DNA of 64,000 bases from Octopus sinensis (taxonomy: Eukaryota), in contig NC_043021.1 of the NCBI RefSeq assembly GCF_006345805.1, forward strand, positions 21,576,001 to 21,640,000. The letters run 5' to 3'. This document shows positions 1 through 11,400 of the stretch, piece by piece. Every line of letters starts with the position of its first letter. Position 1 is the stretch's first letter. The translations under genes were made by a program, and so were the position numbers. The notes under the pieces were generated by a model that saw nothing but the letters and a program-made list of their open reading frames with translations, was not told where the DNA came from and searched no databases.

Positions 1-162
1 TTTGCTTTGATCATCTGTTGGCTAATTTGATAGACTAAAATAACTCATGACATCTTTGATGACCAACCCCCCTCCTCCCCCCTCTAGTTACCACTCTTTA
101 TAGTGTTTATGGCATTTAGCAATAAACATCACGACATGTGACATTCACCATCATGGCCATGT

Positions 163-556
163 TACTCTCTTTTACTCTTTTACTTGTTTCAGGCATTTGA
201 CTGCAGCCATGCTGGAGCACCGCCTTTAGTCGAGCAAATCGCTCCCCGGGACTTATTCTTTGTAAGCCCAGTACTTATTCTACCGGTCTCTTTTGCCGAA
301 CCGCTAAGTGATGGGTACATAAACACACCAGCATCGGTTGTCAAGCAATGCTAGGGGAACAAACACAGACACAGAAACACACACACATATATATGTATAT
401 ATACATATATACGACAGGCTTCTTTCAGTTTCCGTCTACCAAATCGGCCCGGGGCTATAGCAGAAGACACTTGCCCAAGATGCCACGCAGTGGGACTGAA
501 CCCGGAGCCATGTGGTTGGTTAGCAAGCTACTTACCACACAGCCACTCCTGTGCCT
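163..556 (-). mobile_element. tRNA-derived SINE family A (CORE-like domain, internal TA/CA microsatellite)
   Basis: On the minus strand: A box TGGCTGTGTGG, B box GGTTCAGTCC, CORE-like TTGGGCAAGTGTCTT, and a (AAAAGAGT)n tail. More than 12 homologous copies in the window. Confidence 0.85.
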
Positions 557-829
557 ATGTTGTGAGGAAGTTTGTCTTTGCATCTGTATGGTTTTGGGGT
601 TTAAGTTCCACTCTGTGGCTCTTTGAACGAGTGTCTTCTTTTATCTTGGGTTCAGGCTGACTGGAGCCATTGCAAGTGTAGTACAGCGAACTGAAACTGA
701 TGAGTTTAAGAAACAAATGGACCTCTGGTGTAACATAACTCAATAAAGCACAAAGCCCAGAGACTAGGGAATCTCTTCAAGTCAAGTGGTTACATTTCTG
801 CATTGAGAGTTCACATATCAGGCACTATG

Positions 830-1212
830 GTGGAAGCGCAATGGCCCAGTGGTTAGGGCAGCGGACTCGCGGTCGTAGGATTGCGGTTTCGATTCCCAGA
901 CCGGGTGTTGTGAGTATTTATTGAGCGAAAATACCTAAAAGCTCCACGAGGCTCTGGCAGGGGATGGTGGTGATCCCTGCTGTACTCTTTCACCACAACT
1001 TTCTCTCACTCTTACTTCCTGTTTCTGTTGTACCTGTATTTCAAAGGGCCGGCCTTGTCACTCTCTGTGTCACGCTGAATATCCCCGAGAACTACGTTAA
1101 GGGTACACGTGTCTGTGGAGTGCTCAGCCACTTACACGTTAATTTCACGAGCAGGCTGTTCCGTTGATTCGGATCAACCGGAACCCTCATCGTCGTAACC
1201 GACGGAGTGTTT
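830..1212 (+). mobile_element. tRNA(Arg)-like SINE family C (OR-like head), tail type i
   Basis: Head GCGCAATGGCCCAGTGGTTAGGGCAGCGGACTCGCGGTCG...GGTTTCGATTCC has A/B boxes and a TCG anticodon-like triplet. The head is shared with 17762, 21217, 23902, 24942, 50411 and 63124. Confidence 0.8.
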
Positions 1213-1479
1213 CCTTTATCAGTCAATACGTGCATGTGATTAGAATATCACAAGGAAGAGTCATAGAGATTCTTCAAGCCCAGCCAGCCAACCAGCCAGC
1301 CAGCCAGCTGCACCCTAAGGGCAGACCATGAGATGGTTGGTTATCGGTTGGTCTCCGTTGGTCAAAATTCTGATTTCTTTAATCATCCTGCTATTAGCAT
1401 TTCCCTTAAATATTTATATGCATTTAAGTTCCAGCTAAATGCTTAGATATCATCTTCATTCATCATTATCACCATCATC

Positions 1480-1625
1480 ATCATCATCATTTAACATCCA
1501 CTCCCCATGTTGGTTGGCATGGATTAGACGGTTTGACTGGAGCTGATACGCTGGAGAACTGCACCATATTCCAGTCTGATTTGGCATGAGTTCTACAGCT
1601 AGATGTTCTTCCTAACACCAACAAT
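1480..1625 (-). mobile_element. RTE-type LINE 3' UTR fragment with (GAT)n tail
   Basis: Homologous to the 3' UTR that follows the RTE ORF end at 20812-21195. Confidence 0.6.
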
Positions 1626-1649
1626 TACCATGATCATGATTCATGTGTG

Positions 1650-1866
1650 TGTTAGTTAATTTTTTGGCTCAAAAGCAAAAAGCAAGGCCATGTAGGGGGA
1701 CATGGAATTAAGTACAGCGTGGTGTTCATGTAAAGAGTTCAGGCCACTTGAGGTCAAGGGAGACTTTGAACAAAGCGGTCATCGGCATCTTCACCATCTC
1801 GTCTGGCAGCTTGTTCCATGGATCTGCAACCCAGACGGAGAAAGCTCCTCTCCTTCGATTGAGATG
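1650..1866 (-). mobile_element. CR1-clade LINE 3' end fragment
   Basis: Minus-strand translation HLNRRRGAFSVWVADPWNKLPDEMVKMPMTALFKVSLDLKWPELFT* carries the CR1-type FSxRVxxxWNxLP C-terminal motif, followed by a short UTR. Confidence 0.75.
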
Positions 1867-1869
1867 TGT

Positions 1870-2090
1870 GTGTCTTTTACATGGCACCAGCAACGACCAC
1901 TACTATGATTCACTGGTGGGGGTACCATTTACATGATACCAACAACGACTATGATTCATGGGTGGGTGCTTTTTACATAGAACTGGCAATGACCACGACT
2001 ACAATTCACTGGTGGGTACCATTTATATGGCATGGACAACGACCATGGTTATGATTCACAGCTGGGTGCCATTTGCACAGCACCAGCAAC
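1870..2090. repeat. Degenerate ~60-bp minisatellite (resumes at ~2520-2620)
   Basis: Recurrent CATTTACATGGCACCARCAACGACCACRACTATGATTCAYTGGTGGGT units. Confidence 0.6.
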
Positions 2091-2515
2091 AGCCATTCAA
2101 GAATTTGGACCTGGAGATCTCCATTTCCAGCGACTTCGAGGGCCACCTCCCAGTGGCGTCGGGCGCCAATGAAGAGCCCTCGACTACATGATGACCAAAT
2201 TTTTTTTTTCCAAGGTCTAGGGTCTCCTGCCTCTAAGCCCTAGACCAGTGCTTTTCAAACATTTTGCTGGAGCGGAACCCCAAGGAAACATTCCACTGGC
2301 TCGAGGAACCCCTGTGCAATAATTTAATTGTCTTATGCACACATATCTGCACAGGAGAATTAAAAATTACTGCCGATTTTAGCAGTTTTGTAACTTCCTG
2401 CGGAACCCCTGGACTGTACTGGCAGAACCCTAAGGTTCCGCGGAACCCTGGTTGAAAACCACTGCCCTAGACCGTCACCTAATCACACTTACTCGTCTTG
2501 TTGCTTAACAACAAC
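2090..2515 (-). repeat. Unclassified ~220-bp interspersed repeat, interrupted by a hAT MITE
   Basis: Reverse-complement homolog of 47030-47250. Confidence 0.7.
2246..2464 (+). mobile_element. hAT-type MITE (219 bp)
   Basis: TIRs CAGTGCTTTTCAAAC / GGTTGAAAACCACTG, with a perfect 8-bp TSD CCCTAGAC (2238-2245 and 2465-2472). Confidence 0.9.
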
Positions 2516-2989
2516 AATGAAAACTCACAGGTGCCATTTACATTGCACTGCCAACAACCATGATTCCTGGGTGCTAGCTTACATGGCACCGTCAACGACC
2601 GTGACTTCGATGCACAGGGGTCATTTTTTATTCAAAGGCCATCATATGTCACCTAAAAACTTGCAGCATGTTTGCAAATACATGCATGCACACGTCATAC
2701 ATTTGTCATTGCTGCGATGCTAGAAAATAGTTGCCTTTGATGCTCTGCAGTGGGAACTGAACATGGAATCATGTGGTTGCAAAGAAAACCTCTTCACAAT
2801 GCGATCATAAAGAATTTAATGCCTGAAAATTATTAGTGAATTACCGAAAGTAGTTTAAAAATTAAAGAAAGTGAAACGACTGTTTCAGGAAAAATTAGGG
2901 AAAGCGGAAATTCTGAAAATTAATACATCAAAATTTGGGTGCACAATGCAAACATTTTACCGAACGTATTTTCAAAGAGAACATTTCCC

Positions 2990-3030
2990 CTGCACATGAC
3001 TGCACATATGTGCATGCATTCATATGCAAG

Positions 3031-3064
<34 letters not shown>

Positions 3065-3512
3065 GACATGCTTCAAATAATTGCTGGCACCTCTATGTGA
3101 ATGCAATCGAACATGCATCAAGTAATTTCTGTTTCCATTGTGTGCCTGTACATTCATGTGTGCACGTACGTGTGTGTGTGTGTGAGTGTGAAGTGTCTTG
3201 TATGTGTGTTTGTGCATGTGCATTCATATGTGTGAGTGTGGTGAGTGTATATATGTTGCATGCGAGTATTCACGTGTGCTGTGTGTGCATTTTGAGTATG
3301 TGTGCATTCATTGTTCATGTATGCATATTGTGTATTATCATACATGATGTATGCATGTTCTACGCATGTGTTCATGTGTGCTGTGCATCTGCTCATGTTT
3401 GTACATGCATATGAGTGTGCATGTGTGCACATTCTTGAGCATATGTCCTTGCATATTTTTTTTGTATTTGCGCATTTTCATATGCGCTGTGTAAAAGCTT
3501 CTGTGTGTTGTA

Positions 3513-3557
<45 letters not shown>

Positions 3558-4020
3558 ATGAATGTTTGTGTGAATGTGTGTATGTGCATGCATGTTATGT
3601 ATGCAAATAACTGCATGTGTGTAAATGCGTAATTCAACATCTTTCAAAGAAATTCTATACCCTAGAGAAGTGCATTGTTTGAATATGTTTGCGTGTATGT
3701 ACATATGTACGTTCATGTGTAGAGAAGTGCATTGTTTCTATATGTGCTTGTGTGCATGTGCTTTCACATGTATTCACATGGAGACAATAGTACATGCATG
3801 CATGTGTGTTTGTGTATTTAATTCAATATGCCTCAAAGAAAACTTGTCTACCATGTGTGCAGAGGGCAGGGCAGGGCGGGTTTGGCAGTGGAGTGTTTGT
3901 GCGCAATTTAACAAAATTTCAAAGAAAATTTAACCTGAATATGCATATGCATATGTGTTCACATGTGTGTGTGTGTGCATGTGCATGTGTGTGTGTGTCT
4001 GCATCTGTGTGCACATAATT
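2990..4020. repeat. Cryptic (TG)n/(TGCA)-rich simple sequence
   Basis: Low-complexity alternating purine-pyrimidine tracts. Confidence 0.85.
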
Positions 4021-4245
4021 GTATGCATTCATCCTTAAACAGCAATGACTGCATCACAAAGATTGGTGTTTCTCTACAGCTACCAACTACTAAACACTAG
4101 AAACTCACAGCAGTGTAATAGTCTCATATCTAGAATACTGTGGCTGCTGAGACATTTAACATTTTATGAAGCTCAGAGGAGACCTAGAAGGTCGTGATAC
4201 ACCATCATCTAGGATATTGCTGCTGCTGCTGCTGTTATACTTAAC

Positions 4246-4720
4246 AATTTATAAAACTCAGAGTAAACCCATGATGGTGTTTTATTTTACATGTAGGACA
4301 CGCTGCTATACTTTATAATTTATAAAACTCAGAGTAACCACTTAATGATGTGCTACTGACACATCTGGAAAACATCTACTGCTATGCCTAGCAATTTATA
4401 AAACTCAGAGTAAACCCATGATGGTGTTTTAATTTTACATGTAGGACACGCTGCTATACTTTATAATTTATAAAACTCAGAGTAACCACTTAATGATGTG
4501 CTACTGACACATCTGGAAAACATCTACTGCTATGCCTAGCAATTTATAAAACTCAGAGTAACCCATGATGGTGTTTTATTTTACATGTAGGACACGCTGC
4601 TATACTTTATAATTTATAAAACTCAGAGTAACCACTTAATGATGTGCTACTGACACATCTGGAAAACATCTACTGCTATGCTTAGCAATTTATAAAACTC
4701 AGAGTAATCACATAATGGCG
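4246..4720. repeat. Tandem repeat, ~147-bp unit made of two related ~70-76-bp monomers
   Basis: Dimers start at about 4246, 4393 and 4541, and the next monomer at 4687. Each monomer begins AATTTATAAAACTCAGAGTAA. Confidence 0.85.
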
Positions 4721-4780
4721 TGGTATTCTCATATCTAGGACACTCCTGCCACTACAATTTATAATTTATAAAGCTCAGAA

Positions 4781-4998
4781 GGTGGCAAGTTGGCAGAAAC
4801 GTTAGCATGCTGGGCAAAATGCTTAGCAGTATTTCATCTGTCTTTACATTCTGAGTTCAAATTCTGCTGAGGTCGACTTTGCCTTTCATACTTTCAGGGG
4901 TTGATACATTAAGTACCAGTTGTGTACTGGGGTCGATCTAATTGACTGGCTCCCTCCCCCAAAATTTCAGGTCTTGTGTCTAAAGTAGAAAAGAATTT
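4781..4998 (+). mobile_element. tRNA-derived SINE family B, older subfamily
   Basis: GGTGGCAAGTTGGCAGAAACGTTAGC head, B box GAGTTCAAATTC, and GTCGACTTTGCCTTTCAT domain. Flanked by a ~17-bp TSD AATTTATAAAG(C/T)TCAGA. Confidence 0.8.
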
Positions 4999-5015
4999 AT
5001 AAAGTTCAGAGTAAA

Positions 5016-5166
5016 CATGCAGGTGTGGCTGTGTGGCAAGAAGCTTGCTTGCCAACCATGTAATTCTGGGTTCAGTCCCTCTGTGTAGCACCTGGGGCAA
5101 GTGTCTTCTGCTCTAACCTCAGTGAGTGGATATGGTAGATGGTAACTGAAAGAAGCCTGTCATATA

Positions 5167-5197
<31 letters not shown>

Positions 5198-5360
5198 CTC
5201 ACCACCACTTGACAACCAGTGTTGGTGTGTTTATGTCCCTGTAACTTAATGGATCAGCAAAAGTGACTGATAGTATAAGTGCCAGGCTTTAACAAAATAT
5301 AAGTACTGGGGTTGCAAGGCACTGCCCAGCATGGCCACAGTCTAATAACTGAAACAAGTA
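5016..5360 (+). mobile_element. SINE family A, diverged
   Basis: Homology to family A. Confidence 0.75.
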
Positions 5361-5430
5361 AGAGTTAAAAGATAAAAGACATAATGTTGTGGTATTCACA
5401 TCTCTTAGACATTGCTGTCACTGCAATTCA

Positions 5431-5739
5431 TCTTTATATATAAAATTCAAGTTGTGTGTGTGAGACTCTGTCTCCTCCGATTTAGATTCCTAACTATTCC
5501 CACATTTTGCGGTGCAGTTTAACCAAAAGCGGGTATCTTATAGTCGTCATTCATATCGAGCCCTTCTGGGTATTAGCGCGCATCTACGATGAGTCTACGA
5601 TTTAAAAAAAAATTTACCATCATTTTTCCGCATTTTTAATGATTTTTGCTCGGGTTATATAAGGGAAGTAACTCTCCAAAAAAATGCTTATATAGTTATT
5701 TCCCTTACAAACCCGAGCAACGCCGGGCGATACTGCTAG
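5431..5739 (+). mobile_element. Non-autonomous Helitron (309 bp)
   Basis: 5'-TC start, subterminal CCCGAGCAACGCCGGG hairpin, CTAG-3' end. Inserted between A (5430) and T (5740) with no TSD. Confidence 0.85.
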
Positions 5740-6557
5740 TAATTTCTAAAACTCAGAGTAAATACATAATGGTGTGATACTCTTGTATCTAGGCCCACAT
5801 CTGTTGCTACACAGTTGCAGATACACAGATAACCTAGACTGCATTGAGAGAAAATTCTCTCATCTTATTGACATAAAGTCAGAGACAAAACACACTCCAG
5901 CCGCTGGGCCTCACACTTGCTCTGCTCCCCCCTCTCTCTCTCTCTCCCTTTTTCTATTGCTTCTACCTCAGCTTCTGCTGCCTTCTAAGAATTGGCTGGT
6001 CCCATGCCACCGCCTTTCAGCCATGATCAACTGATTTGTCTCCAGTGCTCCTAACATTCCTGCTGTACACATTCCTAAACACCCCTATTCAATGCACTAA
6101 CCACAACACCCTATCCTTTGTTCCCATTAAGTCAACACTCTAGAATTCCCTATTTGCACATGTCTTTCATGTATTAGTGGACTTGTAATAGTTTAAATGG
6201 AATGTTAATGGCATAAATCTCAATGGTCTTAAAGACCGCGAGCGTGGCCCCTTCCTCCGCTTGAAACCAACAATAATAATAATAATAATGCATGTGTATG
6301 ATGTGAGTATGTGCATTGTGTATGTTTGTATGTTTGTGTGCATGTGTGCGGAATTTTATATTCACAGCACGGAAAACGGACGTTAAACGATGATGATGAT
6401 GATGATGATGATGTGCTTGATATTGTGTGTACATGTTTGTGTATGTATGTAGATGAATGTATGAGCAATTGTATATTTGCATATATGTGTATTCATGTCT
6501 ATGCATGTGCGTGTGTGTGTGTGTGCATGAATTTGCAGTCATGTATATGCATAATTA

Positions 6558-7060
6558 TACACACCCTGGTGCTGAAAAGTTCCTGGCTTTGGGGAAAAGA
6601 AAATACAGGAGGATCAGTTAATTACAATTTTATTCAACACTAGCAGTATCGCCCGGCGTTGTTCGGTTTGTAAGGGAAATAACTGTATAAGCATTTTTAG
6701 AGAGTTACTTCCCGTATATAACCCGAGCAAAAATCATTAAAAATGCAGAAAAATGATGGTAAATTTTTTTAAAATCATAGACTCATCGTAGACGTGCGCT
6801 AATACCCAAAAGGGCTCGATATAAATCACGACTATAAGATACCCGCTTTTGGTTAAACTGCACCGCAAAATGTGGGAATAGTTAGGAATCTAAATCGGAG
6901 GAGACTGACACTCACACACACAACTTCAGTTTTATATATAAAGATATTCCTCTCTCAGATTCACATACTTATTACAGAAGTCCTTCAGTTTTTCTAACTC
7001 CTACCAAAAATCTCAGAAGGTTGGGGTTCCAACCAGGACCTTTGCAACCAGGATCTTTTC
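6558..7060 (-). mobile_element. Mariner 3'-end remnant split by a Helitron
   Basis: TIR-like GGTGCTGAAAAGTTCCTGGCTT. Removing 6640-6944 restores LKDFCNKYVNLREEYVE*, similar to the mariner C-terminal KCVxxxGxYVE motif. Confidence 0.7.
6640..6944 (-). mobile_element. Non-autonomous Helitron (305 bp)
   Basis: Reverse-complement copy of 5431-5739, with the same TC...CTAG termini and an A|T insertion site. Confidence 0.85.
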
Positions 7061-7974
7061 AACACCCACTTTTATGTATCTGCAGATGATAGTGGAGACT
7101 GTGTATGTATAACAACCTAGAGAGGAGTGGATGCTCATGGTGAGGAAACACTAAGATATAACTTTTTAAAAGGATGGGTGAACCCAGTATAGGGTCAATA
7201 ACTATCTAGTTATGGTGTGCATCATTATCATCAACCCTTAGATATTACTGTCTCGAGTCCTGGAACTCATAGGGATGGCTACTCAGCTTCCATGGCATAT
7301 AAGTGTCTGAGATCACAAACTTGCCCCTGGATGGGATGTTAGTCCTTTGCAGGGTTACTCATTTAAAGCCGAATGGATTGGAGCAACATGTAATGAAGCA
7401 TTTCGCTTCAGAAAAAAGCTCACTCCCTGGTGTAGGGATTGAAACCCTGATCTTGTGATTGTGAATGCAACGCCCTTAGAATTCGGCCACATAAAAATAT
7501 TAGAATTTGTGAATGAGCACATTGTTAGATCGCATTTAGTCTGATGGGTTTTTAGCTTTTGTCAGAACATCTCTCAAGGACATTGGGTAGATGGTGCTCC
7601 TTGTCTCATAGTAGAAACAACCTATCTTTACTGTCCTGATGGGTGAAGTTTAGGAAGACAAGCCAGGACAGAAAAAACAACTTGCAGTAGTGGTCAGCTT
7701 CTTACGGCCAGTTCCTGACACTGAATTTTCTGCAGCCTCCTACTTATACAAAAGTGACATTAGGTGTTATAGGCCACCCTTGCTCCTGGATCTGTCTCCT
7801 TCACAGCAACGGTTTTGATTCTGGGAATGCATGCAGTGCACCTCAGTACAACAGTGTCTTCTCCTGAATTGTGGATTATCAAGTGTTAGAGATGGCTGCT
7901 ACAGCAGGGAAGTAGGGTTCCATGCATATCTTTGACAATGGGATACCACCCCTTTTTATAATATCCTTGCTCAA

Positions 7975-8515
7975 AAGTGCAGGAGTGACTGTATGGTAAA
8001 TAGCTTGCTTACCAACTACATGGTTCCGGGGGTTCAGTCCCACTGCATGGCACTTTGGGCAAGTGTCTTCTACTATAGCCGCAGGCCAACTAAAACCTTG
8101 TGAGTGGATTTGGCAGAGGGAAACTAAAAGAAGCTTGTCATATATATATTAGAAGAAATAAGGCACTCAGAAATCTGGAAGGTTTTATATTTACAGATTT
8201 TTATTAATATGTCACATGTTTTTATAAATCATATATTAGCGCTTGCATCTACTCTAGTAGAATCTTCAGATATATATATATATGTGTGTGTGTGTGTATG
8301 TGTGTGTGTATATATTTGTGTCTGTGTTTATCACCCCCTACAGCATCGCTTGACAACCGATGCTGGTGTGTTTGTGTCCCCGTAACTTAGCAGTTCGGCA
8401 AAAGAGAATAAGTACTAGGCTTACAAGGAATAAGTCCTGGGGGATCGATTTGCTCGACTAAAGGTGGTGCTCCAGCATGGCTGCAGTCAAAATGACTAAA
8501 ACAAGTATAAAAGAT
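7975..8515 (+). mobile_element. SINE family A with an insertion in its internal (TA)n
   Basis: Family A homology on both sides of 8150-8270. Confidence 0.8.
8150..8276 (-). ncRNA. Penelope-type terminal-repeat fragment with a degenerate minimal hammerhead ribozyme motif
   Basis: Minus strand ATATAT-CTGAAGA-T-TCTAC-TAGA-GTAGA-T-GCAA-GCGC-TA-ATATAT: core, stem II, palindromic AGCGCT stem III. GAAA is mutated to GCAA. Confidence 0.5.
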
Positions 8516-8782
8516 TACAAGAGTACATTGTAGGTGTTGTGTATGAAGGAGCAGTGATTATTTGCAGGTCGTTCACGCAGCTTCACCCATTCTTCATTGT
8601 TACTACACTTTACGAAATACAGTCATCAAAGCATCCACAACTGAAGAAGATGGATTGGTTTGTAAAGTCAAACAAAAGCACCACAATTAAACAAGAAGAC
8701 ATGAAAGTTGATGGACAACCATAAGCAAACAGTGCCATTTATATAAACCTTTGTGTGTATACATGCTATGTGTGTATACATG

Positions 8783-8846
<64 letters not shown>

Positions 8847-8864
8847 GCATGAGTGTATGTATCT

Positions 8865-9274
8865 CTTTTTTACTCTTTTACTTGTTTCAGTCATTTGACT
8901 GTGGCCATGCTGGAGCACCGCCTTCAGTTGAGCAAATCGACCCCGGGACTTATTCTTTGTAAGCCCAGTACTTATTCTATCGGTTTCTTGTGCTGAACCG
9001 CTAAGTTATGGGGACGTAAACACACCAGCAACAGTTGTCAAGCAATGCTAGGAGGACAGACACAGACACAAACACACACACACACACACATATATATACA
9101 TACATATATACGACAGGCTTCTTTCAGTTTCCTTCTACCAAATCCACTCACAAGGCATTGGTCGGACCGGGGCTATAGCAGAAGACACTTGCCCAAGATG
9201 CCATGCAGTGGGACTGAACCCGGAACCGTGTGGTTGGTTAGCAAGCTACTTACCACACAGCCACTCCTGCGCCT
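8865..9274 (-). mobile_element. SINE family A, full length
   Basis: Near-consensus copy. Confidence 0.88.
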
Positions 9275-9278
9275 ATAT

Positions 9279-9696
9279 ATAATAATAATAAGAAGAAGAA
9301 TAATAATAATGAAATTATTGTATACAGTGCTCAGGTGCACCACAACTTGTCAGAAAGTGCATATAAAGTACATGCAGTAATGTACAAATGTCTGGAAAGC
9401 GAACAATGCATGAGTCAGATACATGCTTGTGTGTGTATGGAGGGGAGAAAATCAGGTGTAGTGTTGGCGAATCTCAGAAAGCATCGAAGTTTTGAAGGAT
9501 GCAGTGCTCCGACAACTAACAACTGATGCCGGCAGTTTGTTCCATGCTTCAGCAACTCTCAGTGTGAAAAAATGTTTCCTGAAGTCATGGGAGCTGTGCT
9601 GTTTTCTGACTTTGTAAATATGTCCACGGGTGTTAGACAGGTGGAGATTGAAAAGGTGCTCAGAGTTATTGTTTGTACGATGGTTGATAATTTTAT
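9279..9696 (-). mobile_element. CR1-clade LINE 3' end, 5'-truncated
   Basis: Reverse-complement homolog of 32579-33134 with an (ATT)n tail. Confidence 0.85.
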
Positions 9697-9854
9697 TCCA
9701 AGTGGTATGTTTATGTGCATGTTACTGAGTGTGTGTGTGTGTGCATGCGTGTCTTCAGTTTAAACATCACTCGAAGAAAACTTGTCTTCTGTGTATAAGT
9801 GTGTGTGAGTGTATAGCATGCAATATGCATCTATATGCATATGTGTATATATTC

Positions 9855-10270
9855 TCTTACTCTTTACTCTTTTACTTGTTTCAGTCATTTGATTGCAGCC
9901 ATGCTGGAGCACCACCTTTAGTCGAGCAAATCGACCCTGGAACTTATTCTTTGTAAGCCCAGTACTTATTCTATCGGTCTCTTTTGCTGAACCGCTAAGT
10001 GACGGGGACGTAAACACACCAGCATCGGTTGTCAAGCAATGCTAGGGGGACAAACACAGACACACAAACATATACACAGACATACATATATATATATACA
10101 TATATACAACAGGCTTCTTTCAGTTTCCGTCTACCAAATCCACTCACAAGGCTTTGGTCGGCCCGAGGCTATAGCAGAAGACACTTGCCCAAGATGCCAC
10201 ACAGTGGGACTGAACCCAGAACCATGTGGTTGGTAAACAAGCTACTTACCACACAGCCACTCCTGCGCCT
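9855..10270 (-). mobile_element. SINE family A, full length
   Basis: Near-consensus copy. Confidence 0.88.
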
Positions 10271-10489
10271 GTAAGTGCTTTCTTTAATTTTAGATAATAT
10301 CGAGGTTCAACATATTGCAAATAACAGTAATATTTGCATCGGTGCTTCCACAAGGCAGGGGTGGTCGTGGTTGTGGAAACACTATGTATTTACTTATATG
10401 CATGCAAGAGGATGCATGCTCGTGCAGGTGTGCATATTCTATCTTGTTACAAACAATATTTGCATCGGTGAGATTATTATAATGCCTGC

Positions 10490-10737
10490 ATGCACTTGTG
10501 TGTGTGTATGTATAATATATATATATATATATACATTTATATATATGTATATACATATGTGTATATATATGTATATATATATGTGTGTATATATATGTAT
10601 ATATATATATGTGTATATATATATGTGTATATATATGTATATATATATATATGTATATATATATGTATATATATATATGTATATATATATATATAATGTA
10701 TATATATGTATTATATATTATATATATATAATATATG

Positions 10738-10768
<31 letters not shown>

Positions 10769-11400
10769 GTATTATATATGTATTTTATATGTATATATAT
10801 ATGTATATATATATATATATATGTACTTATATTATATGCATATATATGTATATATATATGTATAATATATATATGTTCATATATAATGCATAATATAGAT
10901 ATATATATGTATATATATATATAGATATATATAATAGATATATATATTATAATATGTATTTAATATATATGCATATATATGTATAGATATATATATGTTC
11001 ATATATATGCATATATATAATATATGTATAATAATATATATATAATATATGTATGTATATATATATATATATGTATGTATATATATTATATATATGTAGT
11101 TGTATATATATATATATATATATTGTCTGTATGTATATATATATATATATATATATTATGTATGTATGTATATATATATGTATGTATATATTATATATAT
11201 AATATAATGTATGTATGTATGTATATATATGTATGTATGTATATATATATATATAATGTATGTATATATATATATAATTTATATGATATATATATAATAT
11301 GTATGTATGTATATATATATATATTATTATAATGTATGTATATATATATATATCTATATATATATTATATATATATATATACATACATATATATATATAT
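10490..11400. repeat. ~0.9-kb imperfect (TA)n/(TATG)n microsatellite
   Basis: Direct inspection. Confidence 0.95.

Noticed and set aside
830-920. tRNA-Arg(TCG)-like sequences at SINE heads
   Set aside because: They have A/B boxes but no complete cloverleaf or acceptor stem, and they continue into SINE bodies. They are not tRNA genes.
8530-8730. Minus-strand acceptor at 8641 followed by CGCFDDCIS* or VDALMTVFRKV*
   Set aside because: All frames stop within 12 codons. The PLAC8-like CGCFDD resemblance is too short to support.
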